Origin: a virus
Length of the DNA: 64,000 bases
Virus record (IMG/VR): IMGVR_UViG_3300028377_000004
Span: 63,575-127,574 of that record
Reading direction: 5' to 3' (one strand)
Shown here: positions 54,737 through 63,582 of the stretch, piece by piece
Layout: every line of letters starts with the position of its first letter
Position numbering within the stretch: position 1 is the stretch's first letter
Notes under the pieces: generated by a model
Databases searched by the model: none
The model's input: the letters and a program-made list of their open reading frames with translations, nothing else
What the model was told of the DNA's origin: nothing
Program-made: the position numbers and the translations under genes

Positions 54737-55270
54737 TTAGCTTTCCAGTATTAGAGAAGGAATGAGACAGGATCCAAAACCCTTGGTAGGGCCACTTGAC
54801 TTAATGTCAAAACCTAACGTCCCCATCGACTCATAAAATCTTTTGTTTGCTGCGGAAGGTGGTACTTCAAAAGAGAGCCTGATAGGAACGCTACTCATTT
54901 CAGTGTCCACTACTACAACACTGGACTCGAAATTTGAAGAGTTGCCCCCATGCCCTAATTTACAGATCAACCAGGAAATAGCCATGGCAGGTGTTTTATA
55001 GATATAACCCTCTTCCATAGGCGTGTCAGGATCGATGTCATGGATCATAATTCCACCGCCCCTCTCAATCTGGATCATTCGCCCCTGCGCATATCCTACT
55101 GCATAGGATCCGCCCCTCCCTATCCCGTCATCCCTGCTTGGAATGATGATTCCAAAAGGTAGAGTTTCGAGGATATCACAGATCGCATCTAATGTATCTT
55201 CTTCGGTTTCTAGCCCATCAAGGGAGGCAATGGGATTGGTGTAAATGTCGGGGATAAGTTCATCACTCAC
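54737..55270 (-). CDS. Hypothetical protein (177 aa)
   Basis: AGGAG RBS. Confidence 0.55.
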   Translation of the reverse strand: MSDELIPDIYTNPIASLDGLETEEDTLDAICDILETLPFGIIIPSRDDGIGRGGSYAVGYAQGRMIQIERGGGIMIHDIDPDTPMEEGYIYKTPAMAISWLICKLGHGGNSSNFESSVVVVDTEMSSVPIRLSFEVPPSAANKRFYESMGTLGFDIKSSGPTKGFGSCLIPSLILES

Positions 55271-55286
55271 GGTATACTCCTTTTTG

Positions 55287-55949
55287 TTATAAAGTTAACG
55301 CTCCAAAAAATTCATCATAAAACTTGTCTAAGTCATAATTAGCATAGACATAATTGATACCTGCCCATATTAGGAAAGAAGGATCTTCCCCATATAAAAT
55401 TCGGTTGGAGGATTCTCTAGTTTCAACTACAAGTACAAAGGTATATGGAACCTCTTGCGGAGACCACGTAGGTCCTGCCCCTTGCCAGTTCTCCTCTACG
55501 CCAATATCATGGCCCTCTATCGAGAAAGAAGGGAGTCCTATATTGGAATGTGTATTTTTAGCTTCGGGCAAATACTCCTCAACCAAAGTATCTGCTAATA
55601 TGTCCCTTTTGTCAATGGAAGATTCATAAGCATGATCCCCCATTTCAAGGGTACCAACCTTGGGAATGCCGATAAATCGATCTCCAAACGTCAGGCGAAG
55701 TCCTAACCTGTCAGGATCTGGATTCTTGGAGGTAGATAAGATTTCTAAAATTTTAGGGTCTTGTGAATTTCCCTTCAAGTCCTTAAAAATATCTGTACTA
55801 CCAGGATTATAGCAATCTTTCCAGACCCCCTGCTTAGAGGGAGGATCCTGCTTTTCCTGCACAGATTCTAAGATATCAAAAAACTTCTGATTTTCATGCT
55901 TGATAATCTGACGCCTTAAATACTCCCGCAGTTCTTTCAGTTTTGCCAT
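55287..55949 (-). CDS. Hypothetical protein
   Basis: AGGAG RBS; start at MAKLK. Confidence 0.55.
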   Translation of the reverse strand: MAKLKELREYLRRQIIKHENQKFFDILESVQEKQDPPSKQGVWKDCYNPGSTDIFKDLKGNSQDPKILEILSTSKNPDPDRLGLRLTFGDRFIGIPKVGTLEMGDHAYESSIDKRDILADTLVEEYLPEAKNTHSNIGLPSFSIEGHDIGVEENWQGAGPTWSPQEVPYTFVLVVETRESSNRILYGEDPSFLIWAGINYVYANYDLDKFYDEFFGALTL

Positions 55950-56056
55950 AAACAATCTCCTAATCATCCTTGCACTTTTAAACTACAGGTCCAATAATTA
56001 AATTACTGACCAAAAATGCAGGTACTACTTAAACGAAAAGGAAATGTTTTCTATTC

Positions 56057-56620
56057 TTATTTCAACGGATTATCTAGATAGTCAGAAGGATCTGCTAAAG
56101 GATTGATAATTTTGAGGGAAGCAGGCTTGCCGCTTTTCCTAGAGATGAAACCTTCTTCTACCAATTGAGCATACAGTCTAGAAAGGTCTACACTGGAAAA
56201 CCCCAGATTTGAATGAATAGCTGAACTACCAGGTATTGAGCCTGTACCATGTTTTTCTTTATAAAATTGGATGAAAGCTAGAAGCCGGAGATGATCATTA
56301 TTGGGATGAGGATGTCTATCCAATTCCTCTCGAAGGTGCTCGTCACCTTCCTCTATTTTGGCGTAGGCGTCTTCTTGTTCCGTATGGGAGGAAACTATAT
56401 AGTCAACATCAAACTCTTCCGCTAACTCTGCCAGAGAGCTTTCTAGAGCCTCATTAAGCATTGTTTCCAGTCTACTCTTTAAAGTTTTCTCAATAAAAGC
56501 CTGTCCCATAGGAAGTAGAACGTCTTCAATAGCAGTTGCCATTTTATCTTTAATAACGGATTCTACCTTGGTTTCGATATAGGTATCTATTTGTTCTCGT
56601 AGGGCCTGTAATGATTTCAT
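56057..56620 (-). CDS. Protein with C-terminal LexA-like winged helix-turn-helix
   Basis: IQFYKEKHGTGSIPGSSAIHSNLGFSSVDLSRLYAQLVEEGFISRKSGKPASLKI resembles the LexA DNA-binding domain; no peptidase domain. Confidence 0.5.
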   Translation of the reverse strand: MKSLQALREQIDTYIETKVESVIKDKMATAIEDVLLPMGQAFIEKTLKSRLETMLNEALESSLAELAEEFDVDYIVSSHTEQEDAYAKIEEGDEHLREELDRHPHPNNDHLRLLAFIQFYKEKHGTGSIPGSSAIHSNLGFSSVDLSRLYAQLVEEGFISRKSGKPASLKIINPLADPSDYLDNPLK

Positions 56621-56630
56621 AATTTTTACC

Positions 56631-57134
56631 TTAGAAAGTGGCAGAAATGAGCGTGAAAATAGAAAATAGAAAGGCAATAAGGGCTAAATAGAAAGCTCCC
56701 CACATCATCTGGTCTTTTTTATTAGGTGCGGTTAAATTAGAAGGCGGCTTATTATTTTTCAGGTAAGCCTTTACATCTGCCCTGTGAATCTTAATAGGGC
56801 CTCTAGTATACTCCAAAGGATTCCCTTCGATGTCTGTAGCAGTAACCAGAAAAACGATGTTATCACCCTCTCGGGCGAACTCGATGATGTCTTCTGACGA
56901 AGATAACAGTTTCATTGATCGGGCGCTGGTGGTTAGAAGCCCGCGATGAGTTTCTAATCGCACGGGTTTATTGTGAATAGTGCCCAAGGTCACTAGTTTT
57001 TCTTTGTGAACATAAAAAGACGTGATCTTATTGGGGACGCTTTCGGGAACATATAGTTCCATGAGAAGATCCTTCAATTGCTCTTTAGTTTGAACTAGAC
57101 GTCTAGTTCTTGGTATTTTTACGTTTTTCTTCAT
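56631..57134 (-). CDS. Hypothetical protein with C-terminal TM helix
   Basis: AGGAG RBS at MKKNVK; TM segment GAFYLALIAFLFSIFTLISA. Confidence 0.55.
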   Translation of the reverse strand: MKKNVKIPRTRRLVQTKEQLKDLLMELYVPESVPNKITSFYVHKEKLVTLGTIHNKPVRLETHRGLLTTSARSMKLLSSSEDIIEFAREGDNIVFLVTATDIEGNPLEYTRGPIKIHRADVKAYLKNNKPPSNLTAPNKKDQMMWGAFYLALIAFLFSIFTLISATF

Positions 57135-57199
57135 TAGTGATCCGTGACTCCTAAAGTTATCTTCTTTTAGAACCGATATGCAACGGGCTTTCTTCAATT

Positions 57200-57790
57200 C
57201 TATTTCCCGAAAACAGCATATTGCAAGGCATCCGATACACACCCTACCCAGTCTTCAGTAGCTATTATCTTGCTTTGATCAAGATATTGTGTCCCATCAA
57301 ATTCAAATAAGTACATTGATCTGGCATAGTCATATCCAAACCAGATATTGTATTTTCGGAAAAATTCCACCCTAAGTAGAACCTGTCCCTCATCCCCCAA
57401 ATATACCTGTTCTCTTTTAACAAAATTGTCAGGTTCCCTTGACAAATATTTCCTAGCTTGAAATTGAAAACTATTCATCAAAACATTAAGACCTTCCCTA
57501 TGAACGATCTTTATACACTGTCGAAAAAGATGTAGCCCTTGTTCCCAAGGAAATCCTAGAATCATCTTAGGGTAAACTTGGCGATTAGAAATAGGATTAA
57601 AATATTTTTCTAAGATATAATAGCCAGCAGCGGACATTTCAATATCCATCTTATTTCCAAAATATTCTATCTCTAAATCAGTAGGAAATTTCTCGAATTC
57701 CCGTTTACAGTTTGTAAGTATTTTAAAGCCCTTTGGCAATGAAAACAAGTCTGTATGATAAGAATTATTTTCCAAGCTCACTCTATTCAT
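57200..57790 (-). CDS. Hypothetical protein, paralog family member
   Basis: MNRVSLEN...FSLPKGFKI...FGYDYARSMYLF. Confidence 0.55.
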   Translation of the reverse strand: MNRVSLENNSYHTDLFSLPKGFKILTNCKREFEKFPTDLEIEYFGNKMDIEMSAAGYYILEKYFNPISNRQVYPKMILGFPWEQGLHLFRQCIKIVHREGLNVLMNSFQFQARKYLSREPDNFVKREQVYLGDEGQVLLRVEFFRKYNIWFGYDYARSMYLFEFDGTQYLDQSKIIATEDWVGCVSDALQYAVFGK

Positions 57791-58457
57791 CTTCATCACA
57801 TGAGGACCAAGGGCTTGACCATGGGTTGGTTCCCCTCTTAATCCTTTTTATTGCCCTAACCATGGGGGTAACTGCCCCTTTCCAAGTATCAGCGTCCAAG
57901 GTCTTCATACCGTCTCCAGTATCCATTCTGGCCAATATTTTCTTATCTCGAAAATGGTATCCAAGGGCACATTTAACCTGAACATACTGACGGTTAATTC
58001 TTGGTTGTAGAATAAACCCTCCTAAACAAAAACTTTTATCGGGCATACTCAGATTTACAAAATTCTGAACATCAGGAAAAAACTCAGAATTTGACTCCCT
58101 ATTTGAGAGACATTCTGACATGTGTGCCGCAGTGTGATGATGGAGTTCTTCTACCAGTGACTGGAGACGTTCCATAAAATCCGAAGGATTTGAGCTTACC
58201 TCAATCTGACAATTCCCCTGTGTAAAAACATTATTCATAGTAGCAAAAGGCCATTTAAATTCAGCTTTCGTATGTCCATACGCATCAATTTTTATGAACA
58301 TAGGAATACCAAAATACGATATCTCTAGTCTCCCTCCACTAGCCGTTCCAATAATCCCCATTTTACCCATGTCTATTTGATAAATCTTTAGACCTTGCGG
58401 AAGGGTAAAAGGTTGGAATCTAGTTTCGATAGCTCCTTTTAATGAAACATTTGCCAT
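57783..58457 (-). CDS. Hypothetical protein, paralog family member
   Basis: MANVSLKG...FTLPQGLKI...LGYHFRDKKILARM; TAAGGA RBS. Confidence 0.55.
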   Translation of the reverse strand: MANVSLKGAIETRFQPFTLPQGLKIYQIDMGKMGIIGTASGGRLEISYFGIPMFIKIDAYGHTKAEFKWPFATMNNVFTQGNCQIEVSSNPSDFMERLQSLVEELHHHTAAHMSECLSNRESNSEFFPDVQNFVNLSMPDKSFCLGGFILQPRINRQYVQVKCALGYHFRDKKILARMDTGDGMKTLDADTWKGAVTPMVRAIKRIKRGTNPWSSPWSSCDEDE

Positions 58458-58486
58458 AATTATTAGGTCCTTATTTAGAATGAAAA

Positions 58487-58612
58487 TGGGCACGGTGGGA
58501 CTCGAACCCACAACCGATCCGTTATTCGCCTTTCTGGGATTCGAACCCTAACTACCGATCCATATCGGGAGAGACGTGAGCGGATGGCTCTAACCAATTG
58601 AGCTACGTGCCC
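58487..58612 (-). tRNA. tRNA-Ile2/Met (CAU) interrupted by a 52-nt insertion/intron in the anticodon
   Basis: Acceptor stem GGGCACG/CGTGCCC-A73; D-arm GCTC AATTGGTTA GAGC; anticodon stem ATCCG/CGGAT; T-arm GTGGG TTCGAGT CCCAC. Removing 58525-58576 restores a CT-CAT-AA loop. C4:G69, U12:A23 and C29:G41 are Ile identity pairs. No encoded CCA. Confidence 0.85.
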
Positions 58613-58626
58613 TAACTTTTTACAGT

Positions 58627-58881
58627 CTAGCAAACTTCTTCGACGGAGTCCAGGGTCCATTTTCTTTGTGATACCTTATACCACGCCTTTTCCAGAGATT
58701 CCATTCCTTCTGACACTAATGAAACTCTTTTAATCTCAGTAAGTTGATCTTCTACTTCTTCTTGAAAATTTCCTTGTTTGTTTTTTGTCTTGGGGTCATC
58801 TGTCGAATTTCTCCAAATTGTACATCTTATCATCAGGTTAGATTCCTTAGTAATCCCATCGATCGCGCTGATTGGGGTCAA
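58627..58881 (-). CDS. Hypothetical protein (84 aa)
   Basis: Fills the gap before the tRNA; start uncertain. Confidence 0.35.
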   Translation of the reverse strand: MTPISAIDGITKESNLMIRCTIWRNSTDDPKTKNKQGNFQEEVEDQLTEIKRVSLVSEGMESLEKAWYKVSQRKWTLDSVEEVC

Positions 58882-59479
58882 TTAAATCTTCTAATATTGT
58901 CGCACATTTTGCTTTGAGATTTGGGATAGCATGGTCTTTAGTTTTAGCTGCCAATTCAAAGATTTCCATTACTATTTCAGACCGTAGTTTAAGTTCGGGA
59001 TTTACTTTAAAATGCCAGTATCCGTGTGAGGAAGCATGCTCCCTGATATTATTTAGGGATATCTTATGAGTAGTAGGGTAACTGACGGAACCTTGTTTAA
59101 GTTCCTTTTTCATATCCAGGAAAAAAGGTGTTCCAGATAGGGGGAAATCGTTACCGTTATACTCAACTACAAAGGAAGTTAGGTCCCTCTCACTAGAGAC
59201 AGAACCTTCAAAGAATTCCTCCCAGATGCGGAAATAATATTGACCACCTTTTTTATTTTTCAGGCTATATTCTAGGAGAACAATGCCGTGTCCAAAAATG
59301 AGGTAGGGATACCAGCCCTTTTTATGGAGAGCATAAAGAATAGGATGCTTGGCCCATTTCACCAAAATATCAAAAGGGTTTCTAACCCCATTCTTTATGA
59401 CGACTTGTCTTTTCTTAGGAGTATTGGACTCATCTTTTTCGAGAGCGGGTTGAAATGAAATATCGTTTGGAGAAGCCAT
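58847..59479 (-). CDS. Hypothetical protein (210 aa)
   Basis: First gene after a sigma70-like promoter. Confidence 0.55.
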   Translation of the reverse strand: MASPNDISFQPALEKDESNTPKKRQVVIKNGVRNPFDILVKWAKHPILYALHKKGWYPYLIFGHGIVLLEYSLKNKKGGQYYFRIWEEFFEGSVSSERDLTSFVVEYNGNDFPLSGTPFFLDMKKELKQGSVSYPTTHKISLNNIREHASSHGYWHFKVNPELKLRSEIVMEIFELAAKTKDHAIPNLKAKCATILEDLIDPNQRDRWDY

Positions 59480-59513
59480 ATTAGTATCTATTTAGTAGAA
59501 GCCATTTTCGTGA

Positions 59514-59542
59514 ATCTTAAAACCTAGAGACTAAGATGTCAA
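59514..59542 (-). promoter_or_regulatory. Sigma70-like promoter (TTGACA-17-TAAGAT)
   Basis: Perfect -35 element, 17-bp spacer, TAnnnT -10; would drive the unit that includes the tRNA. Confidence 0.65.
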
Positions 59543-59598
59543 GCCCGTTTTTCTTTTTGTCAAAGAAGTTATTAACCCCACACAAATAAGAGGTTTTA

Positions 59599-60090
59599 AT
59601 GCTACATCTAAATAAACTAGAAGTCCAAGGTCCAGGCGCTGCTTTTGTAGCAGATAAAATCAATGATGGAATTTTAATCATTGACCCTGAATCTGAGAAA
59701 GGAAATCTAGGTCTGTCCCGAGATCAAATGCCTCAATTAGATGAGGACACAACCTGGAGATTCATTAAAGACCTCCAGAAAGTAGGGGTTGCGACCACTG
59801 CAGAGGACATGTTAGTTGCAGAACTAAGGGCTACTCAGAGCGAAATTAGCACAGAGAAAATTGCCTCCATTCTGAAGGAAATTAGTTGCGGCAAAAAGAC
59901 TGTCAGAGAGCTTGGAAAAAAGATCATTATCTCCAATGACAATTACATTCTGGACGGCCACCACAGATGGGCCGCTCTTTTGATTCATGATCCTCAGAAT
60001 ACCATGTCATGTTTGAAGGTAGACCTGAAAATGAAGAAGCTCCTACGAATAGCTAAATCCTACGCAGGCGTAACCTCAGAAAGTCTATAA
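59599..60090 (+). CDS. ParB/Sulfiredoxin-like domain protein
   Basis: RDQMPQL, ELRATQSEI..EKI and IIISNDNYILDGHHRWAAL; AGAGG RBS. Confidence 0.75.
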   Translation: MLHLNKLEVQGPGAAFVADKINDGILIIDPESEKGNLGLSRDQMPQLDEDTTWRFIKDLQKVGVATTAEDMLVAELRATQSEISTEKIASILKEISCGKKTVRELGKKIIISNDNYILDGHHRWAALLIHDPQNTMSCLKVDLKMKKLLRIAKSYAGVTSESL

Positions 60091-60191
60091 TAAAAGGTCA
60101 TCAGCACTAAAAAGGGAATTAGTCTTCCGAGGGATTTTTGTTTCCAAATATTTCTCAGAAAAATATAATATAATAGAAAAGAACAGAAAGA

Positions 60192-60491
60192 TCAAGTCCA
60201 GACTGCGTAGAGGATCCCGCCAATGCTGGAGTATAACTTAGGGTCGCCGTCCTCATTAAATATGAGAGCACCTTCATACTGATTACGGAACCCCATCGCC
60301 CCTTGAAATTCAGAATAGCTTTCAAAGCCCAAAGGCACTTCATTTTTGTCGGATGGAAAAAGGATATAGGATATGGTAGGACCTAAAGGTACGATTTCAT
60401 CCGCTATTCTAACTTTTTTCGTTTCCAAAAAAAGGTCAAAAGCGTCTGATAATGAAGCGGTAAGTAGGTTTTTGTTTAAGGTATTACCCAT
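60192..60491 (-). CDS. Hypothetical protein (99 aa)
   Basis: Operon packing. Confidence 0.5.
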   Translation of the reverse strand: MGNTLNKNLLTASLSDAFDLFLETKKVRIADEIVPLGPTISYILFPSDKNEVPLGFESYSEFQGAMGFRNQYEGALIFNEDGDPKLYSSIGGILYAVWT

Positions 60492-60500
60492 AAGAGTATA

Positions 60501-61088
60501 TCAACCTAAAATACCTGGAATTAACTGAAGGTCTAAAAATACGGATCCCCCACTTCTGCACTCACACCTAGAGATCATATCAATATAGTGCTTGACCGCA
60601 GGGGAACCCTCCCCTTTATCTAGAGAGAGTACCAGAAACTCTACCCCACCGTCATACGACCAGAGGGAAGTTACCGAATCTCCTTTCACAAAAGTCCAAC
60701 TAGGATGTGATCCTAGATACTGTAGGAAATCTGACGGAAATTGAATTTCTGCAAGTCCCTTATCACTGGGAGTAATACAAGATCCCGTCTTCAAAGGTAT
60801 AGGATAAGACTTCTCAACCAGAGGATGCTGGTGCGGGGGAATATCCGAGGGTTCAGACACACCCTCAGAAGCCTCAGACAAAGCGTCAAGCACTGCGCTG
60901 GATACTCTGAGGGTACGGTCAAAGAACTCGTTATTCTCATCTTCAGTGTCAGGTTCCGCCTTCACAGTAATGACGGTTTCTTCCTGTTTCTTGACTTTTG
61001 GTTTTTTTATGACCTGACTCAGCGGGGCAGAAGATTCCGCAGAAAAACTTGTTACCTCAGAATGATCTCTGGGAAATTTTTTTGACAT
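60501..61088 (-). CDS. Hypothetical protein (195 aa)
   Basis: Operon packing. Confidence 0.5.
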   Translation of the reverse strand: MSKKFPRDHSEVTSFSAESSAPLSQVIKKPKVKKQEETVITVKAEPDTEDENNEFFDRTLRVSSAVLDALSEASEGVSEPSDIPPHQHPLVEKSYPIPLKTGSCITPSDKGLAEIQFPSDFLQYLGSHPSWTFVKGDSVTSLWSYDGGVEFLVLSLDKGEGSPAVKHYIDMISRCECRSGGSVFLDLQLIPGILG

Positions 61089-61096
61089 TATACAAC

Positions 61097-61555
61097 CTAC
61101 TCCATAAACAATTTTATGTCCTCATACCATAACGCATAAGATCCTTTCGCTGTTCCCAGTACAGCTTTACTCAAAGCCAGCCAAAAGGCAATCTCCAAAT
61201 TATCAGAGGTAAACAGAATCTTTCTAGCTTGAGGGCGAATCCTAAAAGAATTTTCGGTGCCCATCCATATGTCATCATTTTTGAACAAGCCATATTCAAA
61301 CCCACCACCTAGTCCCTCATCGCAGGCAACTCGAAAAAAATTAACGACAAAAGTTTTCTTTGTCCTAGGAATCCAAGCCTCCGGTAGATACTCAGAGAGG
61401 AATAGTTTCATATTTTCAGTAGAATTTGAAACATCTCTCAAATTACTCTGGACTAGATTCCAAAACGTACCATTCACCAACCCTTCAATCTCGGGAAATT
61501 CTTCATTACCAAAAATTTTCACGTACCTATGACTATTAGTATTTACTGCTGTCAT
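61097..61555 (-). CDS. Hypothetical protein (152 aa)
   Basis: Operon packing. Confidence 0.5.
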   Translation of the reverse strand: MTAVNTNSHRYVKIFGNEEFPEIEGLVNGTFWNLVQSNLRDVSNSTENMKLFLSEYLPEAWIPRTKKTFVVNFFRVACDEGLGGGFEYGLFKNDDIWMGTENSFRIRPQARKILFTSDNLEIAFWLALSKAVLGTAKGSYALWYEDIKLFME

Positions 61556-61561
61556 TTAATG

Positions 61562-62044
61562 TTACTCTCTTTTCAAAAATCCATTTGGATCTGACTCTTC
61601 TGCATAGAAATATCCCCACTGCTCATCATCTTTATTGCTACCGAAATAATAAAAAGGGGGTGCTTCCATGTTCAGAAGTTCCAATAGGTCTTCCATTAAA
61701 TAGTCAGCCTGATCTGAAGACCCCCAGTCCGCATCGTCATTCTCCCAAATATGGGAAGGTAGGGACTGAGAAATCTGAACGTACTCTGGACCCGCATCGG
61801 AAACCAGACGGAACAGGTCTAGGAACCCTTCTAGGACAGAAGGTAGCTTCTCAGGGTCAACGCTAAGAGGTCCTAGCACCTTTTCCTTGTGCAAGTACGT
61901 GGTAATAGACAGGAACTCATCTCGACATAGCCGGTGAAGTTCTGGTGGGTTCTCTGTAGCCTGTCCTTCATACGCAAGTTCCCGAAGACGTTCAAGAATC
62001 TGGGGATATGTACTCTCTTCATTATTGAGAATTAACTTTGCCAT
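61562..62044 (-). CDS. Hypothetical phage protein (160 aa)
   Basis: C-terminal LLELLNMEAPPFYYFGS...WGYF pattern. Confidence 0.5.
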   Translation of the reverse strand: MAKLILNNEESTYPQILERLRELAYEGQATENPPELHRLCRDEFLSITTYLHKEKVLGPLSVDPEKLPSVLEGFLDLFRLVSDAGPEYVQISQSLPSHIWENDDADWGSSDQADYLMEDLLELLNMEAPPFYYFGSNKDDEQWGYFYAEESDPNGFLKRE

Positions 62045-62045
62045 A

Positions 62046-62366
62046 TTAGGGCCTCGATATGAAATGAGAAGTCAGGTACTCCCGTTGAACTTCCAGAGCG
62101 GTTTTGCGCATGATTCGCCTCCAGGTAGGGGTCAAAACCAGAGAAGGCAATTGCTCCAGGAAGTAAGTAATCCGAAGGGTAGCACCTGCCAAATTAGCAA
62201 GGTCTTTCTCGTCTTTCACCATGAGCATGACTGCAATACGGAAGTCCATAAGAGCATTTTTTATTTCGTGAGCATGAGCATAGTTCCCATCAATATGAGA
62301 ATTATGTCCCATCGTTTCGTAGGAAGGACCCCAGTCTTCTTTGATCTTTTGAGTTTCCATCATCAT
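62046..62366 (-). CDS. Hypothetical protein (106 aa)
   Basis: AAGGA RBS; downstream of a promoter. Confidence 0.5.
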   Translation of the reverse strand: MMMETQKIKEDWGPSYETMGHNSHIDGNYAHAHEIKNALMDFRIAVMLMVKDEKDLANLAGATLRITYFLEQLPSLVLTPTWRRIMRKTALEVQREYLTSHFISRP

Positions 62367-62396
62367 TATTTCCTTTTTGTGTGATTACCGGAAGGA

Positions 62397-62426
62397 ACCT
62401 TATCAGATCCTTCCGGCTTATGTCAA
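62397..62426 (-). promoter_or_regulatory. Sigma70-like promoter (TTGACA-18-TAAGGT) overlapped by a 9-bp inverted repeat
   Basis: Perfect -35 element; CCGGAAGGA/TCCTTCCGG arms at 62388-62396 and 62408-62416. Confidence 0.5.
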
Positions 62427-62432
62427 GGTTCT

Positions 62433-63533
62433 TTATCGTTTCTCACTTCGATTCGGAGCGTACTTTACCCCTTCTCGACGATATCCCTTGAGCAACTGGT
62501 CATAGGCATCCTCTCCGATATAGTGTCGCACGAAGTCCAGATAGATGGCACAGAACAGTCGACCATGGCCCGCATGTGGCTTAGGGGTAAGAGCGTGTAC
62601 TAATTCATGAAGAATGACACGCTCATTCAGGTGTTGTGGAAGCATTCGCAACAGACCTTCGGTTCTGCGACAGTAACTCTTAGTCCAGCCTTGCGTCATT
62701 TCCATCTTGACTTCAACCTTTCCGAAACGTCGCTGGAACCATGAGGATTCAAGTACCTTATTCAAGAACTTGGCAGCTTGATGAAGGTTCTTGAATTGAC
62801 TTCCTTTCGAGACACCACGTTCGGAGTCATAGAGCTTTTGCTTTCGAGAGTCATGTTCACAACCAAACTCACTCAGAGAATGCCCGTCGAGATAGCGTCG
62901 GCTGCTCTTGATATAGGTGGGAGGGTCGGACAGGTCACAATTCTCGGAGAGGCTTAGAGCACCTTCCTCAGCGTCTTGAGCAGCTTTTTCATCAAGGTCT
63001 TTCGTGTCAAAAACTTCCGGTGGCAGAACTTCATTGGCATGTGCTTTTTCAACCCGTTCGCATCCTCGGGGGTCCACGGAATAGATAGCGCCTGGTGGTC
63101 TTACTTTACGAACCCCTCGATTTTCTAGGGTTCGCACCTTGATTCGTTTCGTATTGATCTTGGTGACTACTGCGAGGGTACGTTCCCCTTGTCGGCTTCC
63201 GAATCGAAGGATGTCTCCGACTTCTACCGTTTCCATCGTAAGAGTTCCTGACGGGGATGAAGTAGGGACTCTTTTACGAACTTTCCTTCGGGAAAGGGGA
63301 GGAGTATCATCAAGGCGTTTGAAAGCCTTTTTATCTTCGACTTTCTCACAAAGACTGGGAGGTACACCCCAGATGGATCCTACCTGATGAGACTTTTTAC
63401 GTCCGCGCTCTTCTAATTGCTGTACCTTGAGTTTTTTGCGATTGACCTTGACTACTTTACCAAGGGTCTTTTCGCCTTGCCCTCGTCCGAAACGGACGAT
63501 ATCGCCTTTATTGAAATCGCTGATAGTATTCAT
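62433..63533 (-). CDS. Tandem KOW/SH3-like repeats fused to a HExxH metallopeptidase-like domain
   Basis: Two copies of GDI(V/L)RFG..QGE.TL..V.K.N.K..KV..LE.RG; C-terminal VILHELVHAL...HGRLFCAIY. Confidence 0.6.
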   Translation of the reverse strand: MNTISDFNKGDIVRFGRGQGEKTLGKVVKVNRKKLKVQQLEERGRKKSHQVGSIWGVPPSLCEKVEDKKAFKRLDDTPPLSRRKVRKRVPTSSPSGTLTMETVEVGDILRFGSRQGERTLAVVTKINTKRIKVRTLENRGVRKVRPPGAIYSVDPRGCERVEKAHANEVLPPEVFDTKDLDEKAAQDAEEGALSLSENCDLSDPPTYIKSSRRYLDGHSLSEFGCEHDSRKQKLYDSERGVSKGSQFKNLHQAAKFLNKVLESSWFQRRFGKVEVKMEMTQGWTKSYCRRTEGLLRMLPQHLNERVILHELVHALTPKPHAGHGRLFCAIYLDFVRHYIGEDAYDQLLKGYRREGVKYAPNRSEKR

Positions 63534-63582
63534 GAGCTACTTCCTTTTCTCAGGGTTCTTAGTATTTTCTCTCTCTTACACC

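Noticed and set aside
58525-58576. Group I intron or canonical bulge-helix-bulge intron in the tRNA
   Set aside because: 52 nt cannot hold a group I core, and the exon-intron junction forms a 4x5 internal loop rather than a 3-4-3 BHB
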